DNA of 64,000 nucleotides from Candidatus Babeliales bacterium (GCA_018062405.1 JAGOSF010000005.1:34720-98719), one strand, 5' to 3'. Shown: positions 38,494-49,134, counted from the stretch's first letter. Notes: generated by a model not told the origin, from the letters alone. Numbers and translations are program-made.

Positions 38494-38835
38494 ATGAAGG
38501 TCCTTTTATATGAGAAATTTATGGTTTATCTTTTTTTATTTTGTATCAATTTTTATTTTGCTATTGAATGTTCCTCTCCTGAACAATCAGGGCGCTCTTT
38601 TAATATATGTTCAAGATTGTTGAGATTAATTGGCATAAAAACATCGAAAGATCAGCCTCCTTACGAAAATTTACTCGATCCGCAAAGTAGATCATCTTGT
38701 AATTCTGATCAAGAGTGGAGAGAGATTGTTTTTCATCATGGCAACCCATTAGATCCAGATTCAGAAATAGCGAAAACTTTTTCAGAATTAAATCAAAATC
38801 TACAGGATCTTAAGATGCCCGTCGGTAAAAAATAG
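38494..38835 (+). CDS. Small secreted/membrane hypothetical protein
   Basis: Hydrophobic N-terminus. Confidence 0.5.
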   Translation: MKVLLYEKFMVYLFLFCINFYFAIECSSPEQSGRSFNICSRLLRLIGIKTSKDQPPYENLLDPQSRSSCNSDQEWREIVFHHGNPLDPDSEIAKTFSELNQNLQDLKMPVGKK

Positions 38836-38850
38836 TAAATTATTGGATAG

Positions 38851-38885
38851 AGTTGATGCTGTGATCTTTGCCGTTACATGCCAAT
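38851..38885 (+). repeat. 35-bp direct repeat, copy 1
   Basis: AGTTGATGCTGTGATCTTTGCCGTTACATGCCAAT; 4 mismatches to 40679-40713. Confidence 0.8.
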
Positions 38886-39485
38886 TTACTCTTGGCCGTA
38901 TAATGTTTGACTGTTTTTATCAATAATATCTAATATTTGTTGGCATTGCTCGACCCATTCCTGAGCTGCTTTTTGAGAAATTATAATTTTGCATGCCGGT
39001 TTATATTCTTGCATCCATTTTTGGTAATGCGCTATTTCTTGTTCGTTTTCTTGATTTATACATCGAGGATATGCAGGTGTGATTTCAAAAATGATATGAG
39101 ACTGTTCATCATTATAAATCCATGCTACGTAATCATAGCTTGATAATTCATATTTTTTTCCAATCCAGTAGGTATCGTTATTTTGGTCAGTATATTTTAT
39201 AGAGATAAATGTTGGATCATTTCCCTGTTGATTCCATAGATATCCTATATCTTGACTTATAGAATGATGCAAAGGTAGATTACCAAATAAACTCTTTGTT
39301 AATAATGTTTGTAACGTCAGGAGAAATATCTGTATAGGAAACTCTCCATAGATTTGATAACATTGATTGTGTTTTTTGAAACTTGCATCTCCATCAGAAT
39401 AGGCATTCATTGTTTGAATCGTATCTGAACTAGAAATAATTATATATTGATCTTTTTCCAGTAATAGTTTCAAAAAAACCTTCAC
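38886..39485 (-). CDS. Orphan immunity-like protein, homologue of 52605-53267
   Basis: Shared motifs LHHSISQDIGYLWNQ / IHESIKQNLGFMYNQ, WIYND...IIFEITPAY / WLYND...IIFEVTPLY, EYKP / DYKP. Confidence 0.7.
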   Translation of the reverse strand: MKVFLKLLLEKDQYIIISSSDTIQTMNAYSDGDASFKKHNQCYQIYGEFPIQIFLLTLQTLLTKSLFGNLPLHHSISQDIGYLWNQQGNDPTFISIKYTDQNNDTYWIGKKYELSSYDYVAWIYNDEQSHIIFEITPAYPRCINQENEQEIAHYQKWMQEYKPACKIIISQKAAQEWVEQCQQILDIIDKNSQTLYGQE

Positions 39486-39535
39486 GAGCGATGCCTCAAG
39501 GTTTGTAATTTTATAGTCGATAGATAATGGTAAAT

Positions 39536-40642
39536 TTATTCATAAAAATCATGAGCAGCATTCATAATAAGCCCTGCAATTGCGATGTTGCATGCAAGAG
39601 CAGTGTTTCCATAGCTAATAAATGGTAAACCTATTCCTTTTGTTGGAGCAAGGCCAGTTGACACAAAAATATTGATGAGTGCTTGAATCGTCACAAGAAT
39701 CGTTAATCCTTGAACAAGATAAACAGCAAACAAGCTTTTGAGATTCCATGAAATTTTAAAACCAAAATATAAAAATAAAGCAAAGAGCGTTATCAAAAAA
39801 GTTGTGCCAATGAATCCAATTTCTTCAGCAATAATAGCAAAAATAAAGTCGGTGTGTTGCATCGGTAAATAGAAAAATTTCTGTTTCGATTGTGCTATGC
39901 CATTTCCCCAAAGGCCACCAGAACCGATTGCGATAAGAGATTGAATCACCTGGAACCCAGCACCTTGTGGATCTTTCCATGGGTCTAAATAAATTAAAAT
40001 TCGTTTCCAACGATATGGTTGCAAATACACAAAAAAGCTTGCTACTGGCAGCGCAATAGCAGTAAGAATTGAAAGATATTTCATATTCATTTTTGCAATA
40101 AAGAGCATGATCAATACCGTCGCAAGAATGGTGACTGTGCAACCAAAGTCTGGTTGTTTGAGTAAAATTGCACTGATAAACATACAGATAAATAAAACTG
40201 GTAAATAGCCGCGTTTAAAAGATTCTCTATGATCTTGTTTACGAGAAAGAAATGATGCAACGTACACAATGGTGGTGATTTTTAAAATTTCACTTGGTTG
40301 AAAAATAAATCCAAATAAATTAACCCATCGGCTTGAACCATGCATGCGCTTGGTCAAAAATGAGATGAGTGGAAGTGCTGTTAAAAGCAATGAGCTCGTA
40401 AATAAAAATAAACTTCCGTGATTGAGTGTGCTTAAAGGAATTTTGTAGGCGCAATAAAAAAGAACTGTTCCCAACGCAATTCCCATGCATTGTCGCTGTA
40501 CATAATAAAGTGGAGAGCCAAATTTTTCTAAAGCGTAAAAGGAACTTGACGAGTAAACAAAAATAACACCAAGCATAACAAGTGTTAAAACTATGGAGAT
40601 AAAAATAGTAGCATCTTGTTTTATTTTTTGCTTTGTTAACAT
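39536..40642 (-). CDS. ftsW: Peptidoglycan glycosyltransferase FtsW (SEDS family)
   Basis: GSSRW...FQPSEILK, KQPDFG, YLPMQHTDFIFAIIAEEIG, KGIGLPFISYG. Confidence 0.88.
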   Translation of the reverse strand: MLTKQKIKQDATIFISIVLTLVMLGVIFVYSSSSFYALEKFGSPLYYVQRQCMGIALGTVLFYCAYKIPLSTLNHGSLFLFTSSLLLTALPLISFLTKRMHGSSRWVNLFGFIFQPSEILKITTIVYVASFLSRKQDHRESFKRGYLPVLFICMFISAILLKQPDFGCTVTILATVLIMLFIAKMNMKYLSILTAIALPVASFFVYLQPYRWKRILIYLDPWKDPQGAGFQVIQSLIAIGSGGLWGNGIAQSKQKFFYLPMQHTDFIFAIIAEEIGFIGTTFLITLFALFLYFGFKISWNLKSLFAVYLVQGLTILVTIQALINIFVSTGLAPTKGIGLPFISYGNTALACNIAIAGLIMNAAHDFYE

Positions 40643-40678
40643 TCAGGGCCTTTTTTTTACCTATTTTTTATTGCATGC

Positions 40679-40713
40679 AGTTGATTCTATCATCTTTGCC
40701 GTTAAATGCCAAT
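40679..40713 (+). repeat. 35-bp direct repeat, copy 2
   Basis: AGTTGATTCTATCATCTTTGCCGTTAAATGCCAAT. Confidence 0.8.
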
Positions 40714-41053
40714 CGATTTTAGGATCATAATATTTGCATAAAAATCATCTGATTTTTTCGATACTCAAATATTACTCTTTGTCTTGAGCAAGGCCTTTAT
40801 AGTGTTGAATCAATAACCATAGATTATAGATATAGTAAAATTCATAAACTTTAATGAAAAGCGGTTAAGCCGCCCGCCTGCGGCCATCATGCCGGAGTTT
40901 AACGTAGGCTGAATTTAAATTTTAGTAGCCAAGTGAATTATGCTAGAAGTTTATAAAAACTAAAAGCTATAATTTGATCTATTGCATTTTTTTCGTTTTA
41001 AATATTATCTTGTTTGCAGGGTAATGTTGTGATGATGCCATAAGGCTAAAATA

Positions 41054-44000
41054 ATGATTCTGCCAAGGAGTGTGATGATAGTTTTACAGCGACTTTTATG
41101 CATAATTGCTCTTTTTCTATACGGTAGCTTGGCTCAAGGGGCTGCAAACACTCCAGGTCGACAGGGAAAGCTTTTTGTTCCAGAAAAGACTGCTACAATT
41201 TCAGTTGAACATAAAGATCCAGTTGATCGTAATAAAAATCAGACTGTAAAAACTGAAAGTCGTGGCAAACCTGAAAATTTGTCGGCGCCAGACGCTGTGA
41301 AAGCAAAATCATCAATGGCAATACCAACACGGTCTGAAATAGTAACGAATAGATCAGAATCTAAGGTAAAAGATCCTGCTGTAGAAACAACTTCTAAAAC
41401 TTCTCAGCCAGTAAAAAATTCTGAATCAACTCGATCTTTAGATTTGCGCGAAGGCTTTGGTGAAACAAAATCTTCTGCACAGCCGCAGCCTATTAAAAAA
41501 TCATACTCTATAATCGATCTAAAAAAAATTGAAGCTGATCATCCTGTCCAACGGCTTGAAAAGGGTAAAGAAATTCGTTTTAATGAGCGCATGACAGATC
41601 CAATTGATATATATGTGCAAGCTCTAGAAAAAGCACCACAATATAGAAGTTTAGCAAAGCAAATTCCAGAAATTTTTGCTTCCTATGTTTTAGAGTTTTT
41701 TCAAAAGCAGTCAGGAAATACTGGATTTTTTGGAGGCCTTAAGAGTTTTTTTACAGCTTCTCCTGTTTATAGTCCAGAGCAATTAGTAAGAAGGTCTTAT
41801 GATTGGATAAATTTAACTGATTTTAATGCTGATTTGCCAAATCTTTATATGGGGATGAAAACTTTAAATGGTTTATTTGAATCTAATGTTAAAATTTATG
41901 ACCGTGCTGCAGAAAGCGGTAATCGTTTTATGGACGTTGATATGAATGTTTATGTCGAAGCTTTACGGCCTCAATTTCCTCATGTTCCAAATAAAATTTT
42001 AGAGTTGTATGTTACAACTTTCCTCAATGATCCTGCAAATCAAAAGTATGAACAAAAAAAAGAAGCAAATTTTTTGGGAATAAAAAGAAATGTTAATGAT
42101 CTGACAAAGCCAATAGCAATGACGCCAGAATATATTGCAAGTAAGACTCAAGGAGAGTTGGTTCGTGATAAACTTTCTGGATTAGAAATGCCAATAAAAG
42201 ATAACGTATTAGATGTTGTAGAGTTAAAGAATTTTCAAAAAATATATCTTACGATGAGAGCTATAGAAAATATTAATAGTAGATATCTATCAGAATATCG
42301 ATCAAAAGGTGTTGAAGGTGGGGTTGAATTGCAACCTCAAAAATCATTAGAGAATAAAATAACTGCAGCAATTGCATCTCCTGGATCTGTTGAAAGTTTT
42401 TTCTTGCGATGTGGAATTCCAAAAGAAAAGATGACAACATTCACGACTGAACAAATTAATCGGTCGCGTGATGCATTACAAGAAAATTATCCATCATTTG
42501 AAAGACTGAAAGATCTTACTCTCAAAGATCCTGTAGCATTTGACCAGTTGCAAATTGATTATGTTAATATCAATCAAGATATTATAGCTATAAAAAATAG
42601 ATATGGCTTTTCAAGTGATCAAGTTTTAACAACAATTCAATCTCCTAAAAATATTAGAGATAACGTTCAAAATTTGGTGGTGCAAGCTCAAAATTTAAGT
42701 AGAAATATGAATCAACTTATTGTCGATAGAAAAGTAGCCGATTTTTTTGAAAATTCATTGCCATCAGCAGAAAAAGATTTTTCTTTAGACAATACATTCA
42801 CTGTAACAAAAGAGTTGTTTAAGGATAACGCTTCTCTTCCAGAGTATTTAAAGCAACAGCAAAATCAAATTAGAAGTTCAATTAGTTCTGTTTTAAGTGG
42901 GATTCAGGATAAAATATCAAATTTACACGAGAGTGCGTTGGTTGAAACAACGCTTCCTGATTTGATTGAAAAAGCTGAAGTAGAATTGAAGTCCGCTGAG
43001 AATAATGCTCTAATTTCTGATCAGAGTAAACTCACCTTTCAAATTACAAAAGGATTTGTTGAGCAGTTAAAATTGAATTTAAAACAGCTTGAAACAAGTA
43101 GGAAACAATTAGAACAACAAGCAGAACGTATAATTAGAGAAGAGTTGCCTGATAGTTCATCTTCCCAAGATCGTGGTGCGGTTGTTGTAAAAATGTTAGA
43201 AAAATTAAAGCAATCTTTATCAGATCGTAAAATTTCTTCAGATCGTAAAATTGCTAGTGAAGTTGAAAAATTAGTTGAATTGTATAAAAATGAAGAATTT
43301 GAATATCAAGATATTCCTAAATTGAATCAAAAAATTAGAGAGTTGCTTGAAAAAAATAAAGATAATCAAGCTTTGAAACTTTATAATCAAGTTTTTTCAC
43401 AGTTAGATAGAATATTAGAACCTTATCAAGCATCAATTCAGCGTGAACATAAAGTGAATGCTCAAACGAAGTTGTATGTGGATAATATTTTAGATTCGAA
43501 TGTTTCTATTAACGATGCTATAAAAACTATTGAAAAGAAATTAACGGAATTAAACACAAATAAAGACGTTAATCTTACAAGTGCACAAAATGATTTAAAT
43601 AAAATTTTAGACAACAAGGACCGTGCCTTGCCTGATGGTATATCTAAATTTAGTATAAAAGCTAAAGATAATCTTGGTGATATTTATAATAAAATTTTAA
43701 CTGAGCTTAAAGAGCGTAAAAGAGTGCAAAATGAAGCAAGCTCTGCTTTCCAATTGGGTAATAATCTTTATGGAATTTTTCATAATCTATACGAACTTGA
43801 GGGAAGGCAGGCTGGTTCTCATGCTTTAGGAGCTGGGTGGAATACACCAGGCGCAGCAGTTGAAGTCGCAGGGGTATTGACCACATATGTTGATACTACT
43901 TTGGGTAAGGTAAAAGATAAATTGGATCCAAAAACGTTATTTGCAATTGCGGCAGTTATTACAGCAGTTTCGACAGCTTTAATACAAATTCAACAAAGTA

Positions 44001-44383
44001 ATGGATCTGCAGATGAAAAAAGAAAAATGCAAAATGATGTACTTGGAGCTATGATGGCAGATATTGGAAATTTAGTGATTGCAGATCAGACAGGTGCAAC
44101 TGTTGATGTTGTTGCTTCTGGTGATGCTCAGGCTATAGCAACCAGTGGTTTCTTTAACAAAGCTATTAATATGCTCAATCCAGAGGCTCAAACTAGTTTT
44201 AGTTATGACTCTTCAGTAACAACTCCTGGCTACGTCAGCAATGTGAGTCGATTTCAAAATAAAAATGCTGCAATTCTTCAGAATCAATCATATCCTCAGA
44301 GTAGTAGCAATAATGCTGTGAGTGGTTATAATCGTGCACCAGTAGTTTATAATCCTTATGATTCGTATGAGTATCCTTATTGA
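41054..44383 (+). CDS. Large secreted coiled-coil hypothetical protein (1109 aa)
   Basis: Signal-like N-terminus, low-complexity linker, helical Lys/Glu/Gln body, C-terminal hydrophobic segments. Confidence 0.85.
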   Translation: MILPRSVMIVLQRLLCIIALFLYGSLAQGAANTPGRQGKLFVPEKTATISVEHKDPVDRNKNQTVKTESRGKPENLSAPDAVKAKSSMAIPTRSEIVTNRSESKVKDPAVETTSKTSQPVKNSESTRSLDLREGFGETKSSAQPQPIKKSYSIIDLKKIEADHPVQRLEKGKEIRFNERMTDPIDIYVQALEKAPQYRSLAKQIPEIFASYVLEFFQKQSGNTGFFGGLKSFFTASPVYSPEQLVRRSYDWINLTDFNADLPNLYMGMKTLNGLFESNVKIYDRAAESGNRFMDVDMNVYVEALRPQFPHVPNKILELYVTTFLNDPANQKYEQKKEANFLGIKRNVNDLTKPIAMTPEYIASKTQGELVRDKLSGLEMPIKDNVLDVVELKNFQKIYLTMRAIENINSRYLSEYRSKGVEGGVELQPQKSLENKITAAIASPGSVESFFLRCGIPKEKMTTFTTEQINRSRDALQENYPSFERLKDLTLKDPVAFDQLQIDYVNINQDIIAIKNRYGFSSDQVLTTIQSPKNIRDNVQNLVVQAQNLSRNMNQLIVDRKVADFFENSLPSAEKDFSLDNTFTVTKELFKDNASLPEYLKQQQNQIRSSISSVLSGIQDKISNLHESALVETTLPDLIEKAEVELKSAENNALISDQSKLTFQITKGFVEQLKLNLKQLETSRKQLEQQAERIIREELPDSSSSQDRGAVVVKMLEKLKQSLSDRKISSDRKIASEVEKLVELYKNEEFEYQDIPKLNQKIRELLEKNKDNQALKLYNQVFSQLDRILEPYQASIQREHKVNAQTKLYVDNILDSNVSINDAIKTIEKKLTELNTNKDVNLTSAQNDLNKILDNKDRALPDGISKFSIKAKDNLGDIYNKILTELKERKRVQNEASSAFQLGNNLYGIFHNLYELEGRQAGSHALGAGWNTPGAAVEVAGVLTTYVDTTLGKVKDKLDPKTLFAIAAVITAVSTALIQIQQSNGSADEKRKMQNDVLGAMMADIGNLVIADQTGATVDVVASGDAQAIATSGFFNKAINMLNPEAQTSFSYDSSVTTPGYVSNVSRFQNKNAAILQNQSYPQSSSNNAVSGYNRAPVVYNPYDSYEYPY

Positions 44384-44517
44384 TAGTTTGTTGCTCTTAG
44401 ATGAGAATACGTCAACTATTATTTCTGTTATATTGATTGTTGCCAACATTAGATAGATGTTGTATAAACGATTTATTTTGTGGTATTATCAATATGAAAT
44501 GAAATAACTTTTGACTT

Positions 44518-45108
44518 GTGGTAAAGGTGTTCTCTGTGAAAAAATTAAATATAGTTATGGTAGGCTTGTTGAGTTTTGGTTCTTTAGCTATGAATGCTAT
44601 GGATGATACATTGATGTTTGATGAGCCTGATGCAACAATTATACGCAACTCTGATATGAGAATTGTAAGAATTAAAGATTTTGAAGATAGAATAGACTTT
44701 GCAGGAGGCTGTTTAAGTTCTAATAATTTAATCGATGGATCTGAAGCTATGTTCAAAATGTCATTGACTCATCTTGCAAGCAACATGCTTGATGATTTGA
44801 AAGAATTTCCTTCACGTGCGCAGGTTACAATTTTAGGTGATTTGGATAGGGATTGTCGCGTTGCTCAATCTTATAATTTAACAATTACTGGAAATGTAGT
44901 TCCAGAGAAAAACAAATGTAATTTTACCGCGTATTTAAAGATAGCTGGAAGAGAGAATGCTGATCTTGCTCGATTACGAAGAGATGGTGAAGTTGCGTCT
45001 CGTGAGTTGCGATCAAGACATCCATATGTTAAGGACGTTAAAATTACGGTTCATTCATTTGAAGAAGAGTTAGCACGTAAGATTTTATCTAGTCGTGGTA
45101 GCAAGTAA
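44518..45108 (+). CDS. Secreted hypothetical protein (196 aa)
   Basis: Signal-like N-terminus; terminator follows. Confidence 0.65.
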   Translation: MVKVFSVKKLNIVMVGLLSFGSLAMNAMDDTLMFDEPDATIIRNSDMRIVRIKDFEDRIDFAGGCLSSNNLIDGSEAMFKMSLTHLASNMLDDLKEFPSRAQVTILGDLDRDCRVAQSYNLTITGNVVPEKNKCNFTAYLKIAGRENADLARLRRDGEVASRELRSRHPYVKDVKITVHSFEEELARKILSSRGSK

Positions 45109-45142
45109 ACTTCTAAGAAATAGTTTTTAAATTTTGATAATT

Positions 45143-45174
45143 AAAAAAGGGCTCATTTGTGAGCTCTTTTTTTT
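45143..45174. terminator. Terminator
   Basis: AAAAAAGGGCTCA-TTTG-TGAGCTCTTTTTTTT. Confidence 0.75.
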
Positions 45175-45626
45175 GCCCAGTAATCTTTGGTTTGTTCCAA
45201 GATCACTGGGATTTTTTTGGTAAAGAATTGTGAGTTTTTGCCTTGTTTCAAGGATGTTTTATAAATTTTTTGAGAGATTTCTAACATTTCTAATGAGCAT
45301 TGATTTTCTTGAATCGCGATTATAAATTTTCTGCTGTGCATATTGATTTGTAGTTGCACAAAAACTTTTTGTCAGGTATTTATGCATGCAAAATCGATTC
45401 TATAAGCTTTTCTAGGCGTAAGATCGAAAGATAATCACCGGTTTTTGTGCAAATTTTTCACTGACAAATAGAAAGAATTGTTTTTTTGATCGTGACAAAA
45501 AATAAAATTCAGATTAAAATCGCATCATTGATCTATAGCTTATTTTCGAGCTTTTCTTTTTGACTTTGTTTGGAAATAGGTTCACCTTGAATTAATAATA
45601 ATTTTTTAAACAAGGTGGATTTTCGT

Positions 45627-48581
45627 ATGAATTTTGTATGGATGTTATTATTTTCAATATTTGTTTCTTCTTCTCTTTTTTCGTATGATCAATCGTATAA
45701 TAGGTTTGTCATACAATCAAATTTTATGCATCCATTTAGCTCTGATCAATCAACAGGCTTGTCTTCCTCTTTAACAAATCCAGCAGATGTATCGACAAGT
45801 ACGGTGATGGCATCGATAAATCCAATGATGCACATAGGTGTTGCTAACTATGGCGCTGGATATACTCAGGATTTGCAGCGCCATTATGAAAATCACGCAA
45901 AAGCTCATTTCTTAAAAAATCAAAAATATGCTTCGACTGGTTTTTCGCTCGAAGAGAAATTACGTAGGTTGCCAAAGAGAACGACATTTCCTTTTCAGGC
46001 TGCTTATAACAAAGATGGGATGGTCGCAACAAATAAGCATGGTGATCTATTAGATAATAAGGGTAATAGATGGGTTTTAAGCCCTGATGGAACAGAATGG
46101 GAAATAAGTAATAAATCAAGACAATTATTAAAAAAAGAAAAAGCTAACATTCCAGATTCAAAGAAAACAGATTTTGTAGAAACACCTCAAAATAGTAGAA
46201 CTATAGCTGTTATGGAATCGATGTTGTCGGCAATCGTCTTGGCAAATACAAACTTTTATGAGGCAAATTTTGATGGAATGTCAGCTGATTTTTTTACCAC
46301 ATTTCAGGAGTTGCAAAATAGTTCATTGAATCATGAAGAACGTAGTGTTCTTACGAGTAAGCTTAATTTTCAGATGATGCATCATTTAGTGAAAACTGGT
46401 CAGATACATCGTGGAATTATTAAAAAATATGAAAAACATCCATGGGCAATCCATAAAGATCTGACCGAGGCTGATTTTTCAGAACAATGCATGGCTAATT
46501 TTATGCTTGATTCGATGGCCTTTGCAGAAAATGATACAACTATAGAAATTGCACAAGCTGGATTGCGTGAATGGACAGATGGTATTCAATCGAAGACAGA
46601 AGAAGAATATTTGTATCATATGAATCGATCGAATCAATATTATGGGTCTTTGCGAAAGCAGTTACCGACTCACTCAATTACAGATTATGCTCAACCGATG
46701 GATCAAACCATTGCCATGATAGATGATTTTTTTGAAAAATATGCAGCGACAGTAAAAGAGTATTATAAAGATGCAATCGGAGAATTAAGTGATCTTGAAC
46801 AAGAACATTTACATAGAATTGAAAAGCGTTTAGATGCTTTAGAAAAATCAAAAAAACAGGTGAGACCTGAAAATCGTGTGCAACAAACGTATGCAATGAG
46901 CCCTTGCGCACAAGCTTTTTTTATGGAGCACAATTTAAATTATGCAGCATTCAATGGTGGTGTTGTTACCGATTTTCAACATTGTTTAACACAAGAAGTT
47001 TTAGGAATTATAGAATCGTCAGTTGAAATGGTTCGTTCTCATCATTATGAATCGATGATAAAGAATTTTACGATACATAATTGCCAGCTTGCAGTGTCTG
47101 GACAGCAATTGAATCAGTTAGCTCGGTTAAATGAAGCTGTAGCAGTCATTGATTATAGTCATTTTTTTGAAAATATTGCGCGGTTTATCTATGGCGATAA
47201 ATTGTATGGAGCTATGGACATTGGGGCGGCTAAATCATTAGATAAATGGATGGTGTTTGCCTATAAGTTAGGATCTGATCCAAAGGCAACGGTTAAAGAT
47301 TTAGCAGAAGATTGTTTGCGTATGGGTGAGGGTTTGTGTTTTGTTGCAAATTTTGTTCACGATGTAACTCCATTGCGCTACGTTACTGACTTGGCACGAG
47401 AACTGGTATCAGATCCATCTGAAGATGAGTCGGTTCAATTTGCAAGAATTGTGAAAAGGGATGAAGAACGGACAGAACGAAGTAGAAAAACAATTAAGGC
47501 TGGTTTGGTTGCAGCAGATAACATTATTAAAGGAATTGTAAAAAAATCTGTACATGAAAATTTGGTTGATGCCTCGGAATTTGTTTGCGATCTTGTGTTG
47601 ACTGATAAAATCACCCAAGGCTTTTTTAAATTAGCCCATTTTGTAGGTAAATCTGCATTGCAAGCAGGTAACGCAATGCAAAATATGTTACCACCAGAAT
47701 TGATGGATAGTTCTCTTAAACTTTCAACCAATGCAGGTGAAGTTGTTGCTGTTTTTGCTGAAACAGGAGAAACTGTTAGTTCAGTTGCAGCGGCTGCGCA
47801 AGCTGCAGAACGTATCACTCAGATTGCGGGTAATGTTACGCGAGCAAAAGATCTATTGGATGGGTTAAAGGATTTGTTGCAACCTGATCCAGAAAAGCTT
47901 ACTGAATTTCAAAAAACGATTGAGCCTTATTTGCGACAAGATAAACTGGTTAATGTTGATCGATTGCGTTCGATAGAAGGAGTTGATCAGGTTCAGAGAT
48001 TTAAAGATTATACAAACAATTTTCATCCAGATGAGCTTGCAAAATTAAAACCAGAAGAGATTTTGTATCTTAATTTGTGTGATTGGCTTGCACCGAAAGC
48101 AGATATAATTAATGCGGCTTTAAAGAAAAAAGGTGGTATAAGAATTGTCGATTCTGTAACAGGGGTTGAAGCCTATTATGAAAAATATGATTTGTTTCAT
48201 TCTTTGCTTGGTGAAATGTCTCCAGGTGCAGTAGCAAATAGAACTAGCGGAGGTCATTTGATGATTCCAGAATTGAGAGGAGCTACGCTTAAAACTGGCA
48301 AGGTTATACCAATTGGTCATGGCTTTTTTGATATCGATATTCAGTATTTAGGTAAAGAATCTGCTAATTATAAAAAGAATTCAGTTTATCCTTTGGGGAC
48401 ATTGCTAGAGGAGTCTGTAGAAATGCTAGAAAAAGCTACTGAAATATGTACAGAAATTAGTATTGAAATTAATCCTAAAAATTCTTTACAGCAAATTGTA
48501 AAAATAAAAAATAAAAATAGTCAAAGCTTTTACATAAGAATTGAAAATAAAATCGCTGAATTTTATCCAGGAAATATATAA
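45627..48581 (+). CDS. Full-length polymorphic toxin: signal peptide, unknown delivery region, EndoU-like nuclease C-terminus
   Basis: MNFVWMLLFSIFVSSSLFS signal. C-terminus FHSLLGE...SGGHL...KKNSVYPLG...EESVEMLEKA...EFYP fits the bacterial EndoU toxin pattern. Followed by a small immunity-like gene and homologous cassettes. Confidence 0.8.
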   Translation: MNFVWMLLFSIFVSSSLFSYDQSYNRFVIQSNFMHPFSSDQSTGLSSSLTNPADVSTSTVMASINPMMHIGVANYGAGYTQDLQRHYENHAKAHFLKNQKYASTGFSLEEKLRRLPKRTTFPFQAAYNKDGMVATNKHGDLLDNKGNRWVLSPDGTEWEISNKSRQLLKKEKANIPDSKKTDFVETPQNSRTIAVMESMLSAIVLANTNFYEANFDGMSADFFTTFQELQNSSLNHEERSVLTSKLNFQMMHHLVKTGQIHRGIIKKYEKHPWAIHKDLTEADFSEQCMANFMLDSMAFAENDTTIEIAQAGLREWTDGIQSKTEEEYLYHMNRSNQYYGSLRKQLPTHSITDYAQPMDQTIAMIDDFFEKYAATVKEYYKDAIGELSDLEQEHLHRIEKRLDALEKSKKQVRPENRVQQTYAMSPCAQAFFMEHNLNYAAFNGGVVTDFQHCLTQEVLGIIESSVEMVRSHHYESMIKNFTIHNCQLAVSGQQLNQLARLNEAVAVIDYSHFFENIARFIYGDKLYGAMDIGAAKSLDKWMVFAYKLGSDPKATVKDLAEDCLRMGEGLCFVANFVHDVTPLRYVTDLARELVSDPSEDESVQFARIVKRDEERTERSRKTIKAGLVAADNIIKGIVKKSVHENLVDASEFVCDLVLTDKITQGFFKLAHFVGKSALQAGNAMQNMLPPELMDSSLKLSTNAGEVVAVFAETGETVSSVAAAAQAAERITQIAGNVTRAKDLLDGLKDLLQPDPEKLTEFQKTIEPYLRQDKLVNVDRLRSIEGVDQVQRFKDYTNNFHPDELAKLKPEEILYLNLCDWLAPKADIINAALKKKGGIRIVDSVTGVEAYYEKYDLFHSLLGEMSPGAVANRTSGGHLMIPELRGATLKTGKVIPIGHGFFDIDIQYLGKESANYKKNSVYPLGTLLEESVEMLEKATEICTEISIEINPKNSLQQIVKIKNKNSQSFYIRIENKIAEFYPGNI

Positions 48582-48592
48582 GGAAATTTGTA

Positions 48593-49117
48593 ATGATTAT
48601 AAAAAAATATCAAACATATAAATATAAAACTATAAGTTATTTTGTAGTTGAGCGATTTGGAGAAGATATGTTTTATTTACATATGTTTTTATTAAATTGT
48701 TTTGGATATTTAAGAAGAAAGAATAATTTAGAGTTTAAAGAAGAAATAAAAACTATTTGTGAATATGGTATGACGTTTGATAATGCCGAGATTAGTATAG
48801 ATAATGAAAATAATATTGTATATGTTATTGAAAGCTTTTATGACTATCGTAGTAGGCCAAAAACGCCAAAAATAGAAGAATTACTTGAAACAGAAAATTT
48901 TATAGAGCTTTGTAAAATGGGCTTTTTAAATTATATAACAATGACAAGAGATAATTTTATGCATTTGTTGTTAACTTGGAATAAAATTTTAGATCAATTA
49001 CCACCATTTGCTTTGTTGTACCAAGATGATAAAGATTGGTATGATATATTGTCATTCGACTCAAAAGAGGCTATGGATAAGTTTTTAGCTGATCACACAA
49101 AAAAAGAAACAAATTGA
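48593..49117 (+). CDS. Immunity protein 1 (cognate to the full-length toxin)
   Basis: Starts 11 bp after the toxin stop; paralogous to 50130-50657 and 51398-51940. Confidence 0.75.
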   Translation: MIIKKYQTYKYKTISYFVVERFGEDMFYLHMFLLNCFGYLRRKNNLEFKEEIKTICEYGMTFDNAEISIDNENNIVYVIESFYDYRSRPKTPKIEELLETENFIELCKMGFLNYITMTRDNFMHLLLTWNKILDQLPPFALLYQDDKDWYDILSFDSKEAMDKFLADHTKKETN

Positions 49118-49134
49118 AAAAATAAGATTTTAGT

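Noticed and set aside
44412-44756. 114-aa minus-strand ORF
   Set aside because: Antisense to the better-supported 44518-45108 gene.
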